From positions 1-64,000 of the forward strand of contig JBGAOA010000016.1 in NCBI GenBank assembly GCA_044222065.1: a DNA stretch of 64,000 nucleotides, given 5' to 3'. This DNA comes from Candidatus Eiseniibacteriota bacterium (GTDB lineage Bacteria > Eisenbacteria > RBG-16-71-46). Shown one piece after another: positions 1 to 9,183 of the stretch. Each line of letters begins with the position of its first letter. Position 1 is the first letter of the stretch. Below the pieces are notes generated by a model. The model was not told where the DNA came from. It ran no database searches and worked only from the letters and a program-made list of their open reading frames with translations. Position numbers and translations under genes: made by a program.

Positions 1-1976
1 GCCGGCTTGCGGTGCAGGATCTGGAAGTGCAGGCGCTGCTCGACCGACATCGCCGCCTCGGCGGCCTCGTCGGCCTTCTCGCGCGATTCGGACGTCCGGC
101 CCTCGAAGCGTGCGATGAACTGGGCGAGCGCGTCCGGCGCGCGGTGGAACACGAGGTCGTCCGCGAGCCGCCGGTCCTCCTCGGCGATCTCGGCGTACGG
201 AATGATGTCGGCCGGATTCACGATCGCCATGTCGAGGCCGGCCTGCACGCAGTGGTAGAGGAACACGCTGTTCAGGACGGCGCGCGCCTCCTTCGACAGG
301 CCGAACGACACGTTCGACACACCGAGGCTCGTGAGCACGCCCGGCAGCTCGCGCCGGATCGCGGCGATGCCGTCGATCGTCTCGATCGCCGAACGCGCGA
401 ACTCGTCGTCGCCGGTCGCGAGCGTGAACGTGAGGTCGTCGAACACGAGCCGCTCGGGCGGCAGGCCGTACTCGCGCGTCACGATGTGGTGGATGCGGCG
501 CGCGACCTCGAGCTTGCGCGCCGCCGTCTTCGCCATGCCCTGCTCGTCGATCGTGAGCGCGATCACCGAGGCGCCGTACTTCACGACGAGCGGCATCACG
601 GCCTCGATGCGCTCCCGCCCGTTCTCGAGGTTGATCGAGTTGACCATCGCCGAGCCCGGGCAGGCCTTGAGCGCCTCCTCGATCGCCGCGGCCTCGGTCG
701 AGTCGATCACGAGCGGCGCCTCGACCGAGAGCGAGAGCTTCTTCACGAGCCGCCGTAGCAGCGCGGGCTCGTCGGTGCGCTCGGTGAGCGCCATGCACAC
801 GTCGAGCGTGTGCGCGCCGCCGTCCACCTGCTCGCGCGCGATCGCGATCATGTCCTCGATGCGGTCCTCGAGCGCGAGCCGCTTCACCTTGCGCGAGCCC
901 TGCGTGTTGAGCCGCTCGCCGATCAGCAGCGGGCGCGGCTCCTGGCGCAGCGCGGTCGCCGTCATGCCGCTCGACAGGAACCACTGGCTGCGCCCCGGGC
1001 GCGGCCCGGGGCGCGCCCCGGCCCCGACCGCCGCGACGAGCGCGCGGATGTGATCGGGCGTCGTGCCGCAGCAGCCGCCGACCATGTTGACGCCGAACTC
1101 GCGCACGAATTCGGCGAGCGTCTCGGCGAACGGCGCGGGCTTCATCGGGAACACCGCGCGGCCGCCGTCGTTGATCGGCAGCCCGGCGTTCGGGATCACA
1201 TGGATCGGCGTGCTCGCGTTCTGCGACAGGTAGCGCACGGCATCGCGCATGAGGTCGGGACCGGTCGAGCAGTTGAGCCCGACCGCGTCCGCGCCCATCG
1301 CCTCGAGCGTCGCGAGCGCGCCGCGGATGTCGGTGCCGAGCAGCATGCGACCCGTCGGATCGAGCGTCACCGAGCAAATGATCGGCAGCCGCCGCCCCAG
1401 CTCGTCGAATGCGGCGCGCGCGGCGAAGATCTGCGCGCGCATCTCGATCATGTCCTGGCAGGTCTCGAGGATCAGCACGTCGGCGCCGCCTTCGACGAGG
1501 CCGAGCGCCTGCGGCAGGAAGCCCTCGAAGATGCCTTCGATGCCGAGGCGTCCGAGCTCCGGATCCTCGCTCGACGGCAGCAGTCCCGACGGTCCCATCG
1601 AGCCCGCGACGAATCGCGGCCGCCCGTCCATTGCGGCGTAGCGGTCGGCGACGCCGCGCGCGATGGCGGCCGCGGCGCGGTTGCTCTCGCGCGTGCGCTC
1701 GCCGAGGCCCCACTCCTCGTAGCGGATCCGCGAGGCCTGGAACGTGTTCGTCTCGACCACGTCGGCGCCAGCGTCGAAGTATGCGGCATGCACGTCGGCG
1801 ACGACGTCGGGCCGCGTCACGGACAGCCAGTCGATGCAGCCTTCGAGGCGCGCGCCGCCGAAGTCGTCGGGACCGAGGTTGCGGGCCTGGAGCTGCGTGC
1901 CCATGCCGCCGTCGAAGAACAGGACGCGTTCGCGGAGTGCTTCGAGGAACGGGCTTTCGAGCGTCGGGGTCGGGAA
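1..1976 (-). CDS. metH: Cobalamin-dependent methionine synthase, N-terminal part (homocysteine-binding and pterin-binding domains); runs off the window start
   Basis: Manual minus-strand translation gives FLEALRERVLFFDGGMGTQLQ, GADVVETNTF, GLNCSTGP, PNAGLP, GGCCGTTP, IGERLNTQGS. Absent from the ORF track because it has no stop in the window. Start codon is anomalous (see findings). Confidence 0.95.
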
Positions 1977-2025
1977 GGCGGGCCTCCGGAAGGACGTGGG
2001 TACCTGCGGCTCGAAGTGGCCGGGG

Positions 2026-2054
2026 AGAGTATCGGACGACCGCGGGAGCCGCAA
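2026..2054 (-). promoter_or_regulatory. Sigma70-type promoter for metH
   Basis: TTGCGG-17 bp-TACTCT on the minus strand, upstream of GGAGG at 1987-1983. Confidence 0.55.
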
Positions 2055-2064
2055 CAGCCGCGGC

Positions 2065-4560
2065 TCAGCGCAGCGCGGCGAGGCGCGCCCTGAGGCGCGC
2101 GAGGCCGGGGTGCCCGGACGGCATCGAGCCTTCGCGCAGCGCGAGCGCCTCGCCGAGGAAGCGCCGCGCGGCGCTCGTGTCGCCGAGCGCCGCGTGGTGC
2201 TCGCCGATGTTCTCGAGCGCCGAGGCGATGCCCCGGTGCCCCGGCGCGAGTTCGCGCCGCATCACGACGAGCGCGGCGGTGCTCGCCGCCAGTGCCTCGC
2301 GCGCGCGGCCGAGCCGGCGCAGCGACGTCGCCCACTGGTCGCGCGCGAGCGCGGTCGCGGGATGCGCGTCGCCGAGCGCGCGGTGGAAGATCGCGATCGC
2401 GCGCTCGCACGAGCGGCGAGCGTCGTCGTCGTGCCCGAGTTCCAGCTCCGCGGCCGCGCGGTCCACGAGCGTCTCGGCCACGCTCGGATGGTCGGGCCCG
2501 AACGCCGCCTCCTCGATCGCGACCGCGCTGTCGGCCTGGACGAGCGCCGCTTCGCCCTCGCCCAAGTCGAGCAGCACGCCGCACAGCACGGCCCGGTCCT
2601 GCCCCACGCTCGGGTGCCGCGGTCCGAGGTCGCGCTCGAGCAAAGCGATCGAGCGCTCGAGCAGCGGGCGCGCGGCGGCGGGATCGCCGACCGTGCGCAG
2701 CAGCAGCGCGAGGTTGAAGAGGTACGGCGTCAGCGCCGCGTCGTCGCGGCCGACCGCGCGCTCCATGGTCGCGAGCGCGTTCTCGTAGATCGGACGCGCG
2801 CGCTCGTAGTCGCCGCGCTCGAGCAGCACGTTCGCGAGGCCGGCGTAGCTGCCGGCGACGTCGCGGTGCGCGGGGCCGAGCTTCGCGAGCCGGGTGTCGA
2901 GCGCGGCGCGGTACAGGCTCTCGGCCTCGGCGTAGCGGCCGAGGCGGCGCAGCAGGCCCGCGAGCACGTACTCGCTGCTCGCGACGTCGAGGTGGTCGGG
3001 ACCGAGCGTCTCCTTCCGCAGCGCGACCGCCTTCGTGAGCAGGTCGCGCGCGCGCGCGTAGAAGCCGAGGTTGCGGTGCACGGCGCCGAGCGTGTGGTAG
3101 AGCCGCGCGCGCACGCGCGGTTCGTCCACGAGGCTCGTCTCGATTTTCTCGGCGCCCTGTTCGAGCAGATCGCGCGCGGTCAGCTTCAGCGCGCGCGCCG
3201 AGTCGGGATCCGAGACCTGGAACAGGTCCACGAGGAACTTCGAGACGCTCTCGGCCGTGCGCGCCTCCTCGGCGGCCTCGGCCGCGCGGCGCTCGGCCTC
3301 CTGCTCGGCCGCACGCGCCCGCAGCATGCCGACCGTCGTTCCGGCGGCGCCGAGCGCGAGCGCCGCGACGAGCGCGGCCGCGGACACGGCCGCGCCGCGG
3401 TGGCGGCGCGCGAACTTCCGCAGCTGCTCGATCGTGCCCGGCGGCTTCGCCGCGATCGGCAGGTCCTCGAGCGAGCGGCGCAGGTCGTCGGCGAGCGCGT
3501 CCACGCTCGCGTAGCGCCCGGTCGGGTCCTTGTCGAGCGCCTTGAGCAGGATCGTGTCGAGGTCGCCCTTGAGCGGCGCGACGAGCGACGACGGACGCCG
3601 CGGCGGCGTCTCGCAGATCGTGCGGACGCCCTCCGGCAACCCGCCGCGCTGAACGTCGTACGGCCGCTCGCCCGTCAGCATCTCGAACAGCACGACACCG
3701 AGCGAGTAGACGTCGCTGCGCGTGTCGATCGCGTCCGGCGCGCCGCGCGTCTGCTCCGGGCTCATGTACGGCAGCGTGCCCTCGATCGCGCGCAGCTCGG
3801 TGCGGCGCGTCGAGAGCGCGACGTCCCCGTCGGTGATGCGGGCGAGGCCGAAGTCGAGCACCTTCACGCGGGCGCGCGGCGTGCCCGAGCCGCTCGCCGC
3901 CTCCTCGGGAACCACGAGCAGGTTCGAGGGCTTGAGATCGCGGTGGATGACGCCGCGCCGGTGCGCGTACGCGATCGCATCGCACACTTCGAGGAACAGC
4001 CCGACGCGTTCGCGGATCTCGCCGCGCGCCTCGCGCGGCGCCGTGCGCCGACGCAGGTGGTCGTCGAGCGCTTCGCCGCGCACGAGTTCCATCGCGAAGT
4101 AGTGCTGGCCGTCGTCCGTGCGTCCGGCGCCGAAGATGCTCGCGATGCCCGGGTGCTGCAGCCGCGCGAGCGCTTCGATCTCGCGCCGGAAGAGCCGCAG
4201 CCGCGCGTCGTCGAGGAACGAGCCGCCGCGGACGACCTTGAGCGCCACGGCGCGGCGCGGGTCGTCCTGCTCGGCCTCGAACACGACGCCCATGCCGCCC
4301 TCGCCGAGCACGCCGACGACGCGGTACGGCCCGAGCGCGCGGCCGATCCACGCGCGCGCCGCCTCCGCGCGATCGATCGGTCCGGACGCCGCCGGCACGT
4401 CCGCGAGCAGCGAGCGCGCGATCGCCGCGGCCGATTCCGACAGCGAGGCGTCCTCGCCCGCGCCCGCCGCGTCCGCGGCGCGCTCGCCGGCCGGCAGCTC
4501 GAGCGCGTCGTCGAGCAGCGGCCGGAGGCGCCGCCAGCGTTCGGGATCGAGCGTGCTCAC
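2065..4560 (-). CDS. Hanks-type Ser/Thr protein kinase with one TM segment and C-terminal TPR repeats
   Basis: LGEGGMGVV, VALK, IHRDLKPSN, DFGLAR, GTLPYMSPE; hydrophobic segment then LGPDHLDVA-type TPR repeats; GTG start overlaps the sigma-factor stop (GTGA). Confidence 0.93.
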   Translation of the reverse strand: MSTLDPERWRRLRPLLDDALELPAGERAADAAGAGEDASLSESAAAIARSLLADVPAASGPIDRAEAARAWIGRALGPYRVVGVLGEGGMGVVFEAEQDDPRRAVALKVVRGGSFLDDARLRLFRREIEALARLQHPGIASIFGAGRTDDGQHYFAMELVRGEALDDHLRRRTAPREARGEIRERVGLFLEVCDAIAYAHRRGVIHRDLKPSNLLVVPEEAASGSGTPRARVKVLDFGLARITDGDVALSTRRTELRAIEGTLPYMSPEQTRGAPDAIDTRSDVYSLGVVLFEMLTGERPYDVQRGGLPEGVRTICETPPRRPSSLVAPLKGDLDTILLKALDKDPTGRYASVDALADDLRRSLEDLPIAAKPPGTIEQLRKFARRHRGAAVSAAALVAALALGAAGTTVGMLRARAAEQEAERRAAEAAEEARTAESVSKFLVDLFQVSDPDSARALKLTARDLLEQGAEKIETSLVDEPRVRARLYHTLGAVHRNLGFYARARDLLTKAVALRKETLGPDHLDVASSEYVLAGLLRRLGRYAEAESLYRAALDTRLAKLGPAHRDVAGSYAGLANVLLERGDYERARPIYENALATMERAVGRDDAALTPYLFNLALLLRTVGDPAAARPLLERSIALLERDLGPRHPSVGQDRAVLCGVLLDLGEGEAALVQADSAVAIEEAAFGPDHPSVAETLVDRAAAELELGHDDDARRSCERAIAIFHRALGDAHPATALARDQWATSLRRLGRAREALAASTAALVVMRRELAPGHRGIASALENIGEHHAALGDTSAARRFLGEALALREGSMPSGHPGLARLRARLAALR

Positions 4561-5126
4561 GCGCCGCCCTCGGGGTGCAGTTCGCGCTGCAGGAACGCGC
4601 GCGCCGCGCGCCAGTCGCGCTTCACCGTGCGGCCGGTGACGCCGAGCAGTTCGGCCGTCTCCTCCACGGTGAGCCCGGCGAAGAAGCGCAGGTCCACGAC
4701 GCGCGCGAGCCGCTCGTCGAGTCCGGCGAGCCTCACGAGCGCGGCGTCGAGCGCGATCATCTCCTCGGCGCGGTCCTCGAGCCCGAGTTCGAGGCCTTCG
4801 AGCGTGACCGCGACGCCGCCGTCGCGCTTCTTCGCCCGCCGCGCGCGCGCGTGGTTCAGCAGGATCTGCCGCATCGCCGTCGCGGCGACGGCGTAGAAGT
4901 GCGAGCGGTCCTCCCACGCGATGGCCGGGCTGCGCACGAGCTTCAGGTAGGCCTCGTGCACGACCGCGGTCGTGCTGAGCGTCGCGCCGCGCCCGGCGCG
5001 GGCGATCTGGCCGCTCGCGATACGCCGGATCTCGCCGTAGACGCGCTCGAACACCTGGTCCAGCGCGGCGCGCTCCCCGGTCCGGGCGGCGGCGAGGATG
5101 CGTGTGATGTCGTGGGGGTCGGTCAT
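4557..5126 (-). CDS. ECF sigma factor of the kinase-associated (TIGR02999/EcfK-like) type
   Basis: DITRIL, TLSTTAVVHEAYLKL, AMRQILLNHAR, VVDLRFFAGLT, RTVKRDWRAARAFL; coupled to the kinase. Confidence 0.92.
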   Translation of the reverse strand: MTDPHDITRILAAARTGERAALDQVFERVYGEIRRIASGQIARAGRGATLSTTAVVHEAYLKLVRSPAIAWEDRSHFYAVAATAMRQILLNHARARRAKKRDGGVAVTLEGLELGLEDRAEEMIALDAALVRLAGLDERLARVVDLRFFAGLTVEETAELLGVTGRTVKRDWRAARAFLQRELHPEGGA

Positions 5127-5239
5127 GTCGGAGCGCGAAAAGCCTAGCAGAGCGCCCCGATCGCGCGATGTCCCGTTTCGCCCCGTTTCGGTGTCTCCCG
5201 GGACGTACGCCCCGACCCGAACCGGAGGAGTCCCCCGCC

Positions 5240-7690
5240 ATGCCCCGCAGATTCGCCCCGTCCCTCGTCCGCCTCGCCGTCCTCGTGTTCGTCGCGGGCG
5301 GAGCCTGCATTCTCGCCGGGAACGCGCGCGCCGTGACCGTTCAGACGTCGCTCTGGCACTCGGTCTCGTCGCCCGACGAGGTCGTGCGCCACGGTGACCG
5401 CCTGTTCCTCGCCGGCGGCACCATGAACTACCTCGGCCCCTTCACCGGCCATGTTCAGACGGTGGACGCGGCGAGCGGCGCCGTCACCGGCAACTTCCCC
5501 GTCGTCTACGGGAACACGGGCGGCCAGCTCCACTCGGCCGTGCCCGACGGCGCGGGCGGCTGGTTCCTCGGCGGCGTCTTCGATCACGTCGGCGGACTGC
5601 CGCGCGCGAACCTCGCCCACGTCGCGGCCGACGGCTCGGTGAGCGCGTGGAACCCCGGCACGAACAACGCGGTGCTGTGCCTCGCGCTCGATGGCGGCGT
5701 GCTGTACGTGGGCGGAAACTTCACGCAGCTCGGCGGGCAGACGCGCAATCGCGCGGGCGCGATCAACGCCACGAGCGGCGCGGTCACGAGCTGGAACCCG
5801 AACTGCTCGAGCCTCGTCTCGGCGCTCGCGGTGAGTCCGGCCGCCGTGTACCTCGGCGGGCTCTTCAACGCGGTCGGCGTCACGGCGCGCCCCTACCTCG
5901 CCGCCGTGGACCGCGCGGGCGGCGCACTCCTGCCGTTCAACGCGAACGCCGACCAGTCCGTGCTGTGCCTCGAACTCGCGGGCAACACGCTCTACGCGGG
6001 CGGCGACTTCCTGAACCTCGGCGGCCAGCCCCGCGTGCGCATCGCGGCGCTGGACGCGACGACGGGCGCGGCGACCGGCTGGTACCCCGGGAGCATGGGG
6101 CAGGTCATCGACCTCGAACTCGAGGGCGGCGCGCTGTGGGCCGCGGGCAAGTTCACGGGCGTCGGCACGACGCTGAGGGATCACGTCGCGGCGTTCGACA
6201 CGCTCACCGCGGCCGTGCTGCCGTTCTCGATGGACGTCGCCTCGGGCACGCAGGTGACCTCGATCTCGGTCGAGAACGGCGTCGTCTACGGCGCCGGCCA
6301 GTTCACGCTGCTCGGTCCGACGTTCCCCTACCTCGACCAGCCCGGGCTCGCCGCGTGGGACGCCGCGACCGGCACGCTGCGCTCCTGGAATCCGTTCCCG
6401 AGCTCGCACGGGACGTTCGTGCGCGCGAACGGCGCGAACGTGCTCGTCGGCGGCATGTTCACGAGCCTCGGCGGCGTGCGCCACGGCACGCTCGCGGCGC
6501 TCGACGCGCAGACCGGGACCGCGCTGCCGTTCGATCCCCCGCTGCCGTTCGGTGGCGCGACCGACCTCGCGCTCGCGGGCGACACGCTGTACGTCGGCGG
6601 GCAGTTCAACGCCCTGACGACGAACCTGCCGCGCACGCTCGCGGCCTACGACGCGAACACGCTCGCGCCGCTCGCGTGGACGCCCGCCGTGAACGGCGGC
6701 TGGATCGAGGATCTCGTCGTCGCGGGCGACACGCTGTACGTGTGCGGGTCGTTCACGCAGATCGACGGCCAGACGCGCAACGGCATCGCCGCGTTCCGGC
6801 GTTCGACGGGCGCGCTGCTGCCCTGGTACCCGGGCACGTGCTCGTTCATCCGGGCCATGGCGGTGAACGGCGGCGAACTCGTGGTCGGCGGGGACTTCTC
6901 GCTGCTCGCCGGCCAGCCTCGCGCGCGGCTCGGCGCGATCGACCGCACGACCGGCGCGATCACGGCGTGGAACCCGGGCGGCAACGGCACGGTGTACGAC
7001 GTGAAGGTCGCGAACGGCCACATCTGGGCGTGCGGCACGTTCACGATCCTCGCCGCCGGCGCGCGCGGCCGCATCGCCGCGTGGGACGCGGCGACGGGCG
7101 CGCTCGCGAGCTGGAACGCGAACGCGAACGGCACCGTGTGGGAGATCGCCGTGAAGGGCGGCCGCGTCTACGCCGCCGGCAGCTACACGCTGATCGGCGC
7201 GCCGAACGTGAGCCGACTCGGCTTCGCGGAGCTGGACGCGACGAGCGCGGCGGTGACGTCGTGGGACCCGGGCTCGGAGGGCTCGACGAAGGGCGTGTAC
7301 CTCGCCGGCGGCCGCGTGTACGTCCGACACGACATCAGCGGCTTCGGCGGCGTCGGCCGCGCGTTCCTGACGGCGCTCTGGGACCCGCAGCTCGTGGACG
7401 TCGCGCCGCCGTTCGCGCCGCGCGGCGGCCTCGCGCTCTCGGCCCCCTCGCCGAACCCGGCGCGGGGTGCTGCGACGGTGCGCTTCACGCTTCCGGGCGC
7501 GGGCGCGACGACGCTCGAACTGCTCGACGTCTCGGGCCGCAGGGTCGCGGCGCCGCTCGAACGCGCGTGGCTCGCCGCGGGCGCGCGCGAGGTGACGTTC
7601 GAACTGCGCTCGCTCGCCCCCGGGCAGTACTTCGTGCGGCTCGCGAGCGGTTTCGAGCGCGCGACGGCGAAGCTCACGATCACGCGCTGA
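5240..7690 (+). CDS. Secreted beta-propeller repeat protein with T9SS/FlgD-like C-terminal domain
   Basis: GGAGGAG RBS; signal peptide; about 14 repeats of about 48 aa (WNP..N..V..LA.....LYVGG.FT..GG..R...AA.D...G); C-terminal PSPNP...LLDVSGRRV...PGQYFVRL. Confidence 0.85.
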   Translation: MPRRFAPSLVRLAVLVFVAGGACILAGNARAVTVQTSLWHSVSSPDEVVRHGDRLFLAGGTMNYLGPFTGHVQTVDAASGAVTGNFPVVYGNTGGQLHSAVPDGAGGWFLGGVFDHVGGLPRANLAHVAADGSVSAWNPGTNNAVLCLALDGGVLYVGGNFTQLGGQTRNRAGAINATSGAVTSWNPNCSSLVSALAVSPAAVYLGGLFNAVGVTARPYLAAVDRAGGALLPFNANADQSVLCLELAGNTLYAGGDFLNLGGQPRVRIAALDATTGAATGWYPGSMGQVIDLELEGGALWAAGKFTGVGTTLRDHVAAFDTLTAAVLPFSMDVASGTQVTSISVENGVVYGAGQFTLLGPTFPYLDQPGLAAWDAATGTLRSWNPFPSSHGTFVRANGANVLVGGMFTSLGGVRHGTLAALDAQTGTALPFDPPLPFGGATDLALAGDTLYVGGQFNALTTNLPRTLAAYDANTLAPLAWTPAVNGGWIEDLVVAGDTLYVCGSFTQIDGQTRNGIAAFRRSTGALLPWYPGTCSFIRAMAVNGGELVVGGDFSLLAGQPRARLGAIDRTTGAITAWNPGGNGTVYDVKVANGHIWACGTFTILAAGARGRIAAWDAATGALASWNANANGTVWEIAVKGGRVYAAGSYTLIGAPNVSRLGFAELDATSAAVTSWDPGSEGSTKGVYLAGGRVYVRHDISGFGGVGRAFLTALWDPQLVDVAPPFAPRGGLALSAPSPNPARGAATVRFTLPGAGATTLELLDVSGRRVAAPLERAWLAAGAREVTFELRSLAPGQYFVRLASGFERATAKLTITR

Positions 7691-7759
7691 GCCGGGCGCG
7701 CGGCCGGCGCGCACGGCGCGCTGGCCGCCGAGCGCGCCGCCTGTCATGCTGCGCGCGCG

Positions 7760-8221
7760 ATGGCGATTCGTCTGGATCTCGTCCGGCACGGCGCGGCCGT
7801 GGCCACGAGCCCGCTCGGCGACGCGGGCCGCGAACTGAGCGCCGACGGCGCGGCCCAGGTCCGCATGCTGGCCGCGGGGCTCGCGCGCGACGGCTGGCGG
7901 CCGGGGGTCGTGTTCACGAGCCCGCTCACGCGCGCGCGCCAGACCACGTCGCTGCTGCTCCAGCCGCTCGGCGGCCTCGCGCTCGTGCACACGATCCGCG
8001 AACTGATGCCCGAGCAGACTCCGGCGGCGCTGTTCGCGATGCTCGAGGCGCAGCGCGAGGAGGAGACGCACGTGCTCGCGGTCGGGCACCAGCCGCTGCT
8101 CGGCAGCGTGCTCGCGACGCTCACGGGCGAGTCGCCGGCGGTCGCGACCGGCTCGTTCCACGCGATCGAGCTGCCGGACGGATTCCGACGCGGCACGGGC
8201 CGCATTCTCGAACGACGCTGA
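7760..8221 (+). CDS. sixA: Phosphohistidine phosphatase (SixA-like)
   Basis: LVRHG, RELS..G, SPLTRARQT, VGHQP. Confidence 0.8.
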   Translation: MAIRLDLVRHGAAVATSPLGDAGRELSADGAAQVRMLAAGLARDGWRPGVVFTSPLTRARQTTSLLLQPLGGLALVHTIRELMPEQTPAALFAMLEAQREEETHVLAVGHQPLLGSVLATLTGESPAVATGSFHAIELPDGFRRGTGRILERR

Positions 8222-8264
8222 ACGCGCGTCGTCCGCCGCGCGCGGACGCGCGGAAAGGACGGAC

Positions 8265-8996
8265 ATGGGCTTCCTCGACGGCAGGACGGCGGTCGTGACG
8301 GGCGGCAACCGCGGCATCGGCCGCGGCGTGGCGGAAGCGCTGCACGCGGAGGGCGCGACGGTCGTGCTCACGGCGCGCGCCGCGGCGGATGCCGAGCGCG
8401 CGGCGCGGGAGATCGGCGCGCGCGCGATCGGGATCGCGTGCGACGTGCGCTCGTACGACGCGGTGCGAGCACTGTTCGGCGCCGTCCGCGAGCGCGCCGG
8501 CGGCTGCGACGTGCTCGTCAACAACGCCGGCATCGGTGTCTTCGCGCCCGCGCCCGAGCTGACGCCCGAGGACTGGCGCGCGGTGATCGAGACGAACCTG
8601 AACGGCGTGTTCTATTGCTGCCGCGAGGCGATCCCGCAGATGAAGGCGAAGGGCGGCGGGTACATCTTCAACGTCAGCTCGCTCGCCGGGAAGAACCCGT
8701 TCGTGAACGGCGCGGCCTACAACGCGAGCAAGTTCGGACTCAACGGTTTCAGCGAGGCGCTCATGATGGACGTGCGCTACGACAACATCCGCGTCTCGTA
8801 CCTCATGCCCGGGAGCGTGGCGACCGACTTCGGCCGCGATCCCGCGCGGCGCCCCGACCCGGGCCGCGACAAGTCCGACTGGGCGCTGCGGCCCGAGGAC
8901 GTCGCGGAGGTCGTGCTGGACCTGCTGCGCTCCCCGGCGCGCGCGCTCTACAGCCGCGTCGAGATGCGTCCGAGCCGGCCGCCCCGCAAGGGCTGA
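8265..8996 (+). CDS. Short-chain dehydrogenase/reductase
   Basis: TGGNRGIG, NNAG, YNASK. Confidence 0.92.
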   Translation: MGFLDGRTAVVTGGNRGIGRGVAEALHAEGATVVLTARAAADAERAAREIGARAIGIACDVRSYDAVRALFGAVRERAGGCDVLVNNAGIGVFAPAPELTPEDWRAVIETNLNGVFYCCREAIPQMKAKGGGYIFNVSSLAGKNPFVNGAAYNASKFGLNGFSEALMMDVRYDNIRVSYLMPGSVATDFGRDPARRPDPGRDKSDWALRPEDVAEVVLDLLRSPARALYSRVEMRPSRPPRKG

Positions 8997-9183
8997 ACGC
9001 CGCCGATCGCGCGGAGGCCGCAGCGCCGCGCCGCGCCAGATCCGCCCGGGGCGTGTCCTCGGGAACCGCCGGCGAGACGCCGTGTGCCGTCTTCGGGCCG
9101 CGAGCGGTCTCACGGGAATCCGGAGCCCCCGGCTCCGGTCCATTCCACACCCCCACCGCGCGCCCTCTCGCCGGAGATCCGCC

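Noticed and set aside
1977..2064. SAM or cobalamin riboswitch upstream of metH
   Set aside because: The predicted leader is only about 45 nt and shows no consensus elements
2065..5310. N-terminally extended ORFs in the track (1081-aa kinase; also 22215-23855, 26807-29773, 38596-40974, 45586-49371, 49544-51151)
   Set aside because: The extensions overlap real upstream genes in another frame; internal starts with RBS or stop-start overlap fit better
5400..7350. Periodic DNA similarity resembling a repeat array (also in the FG-GAP, TPR and HEAT genes)
   Set aside because: Explained by protein repeats; no identical repeats with unique spacers, so not CRISPR
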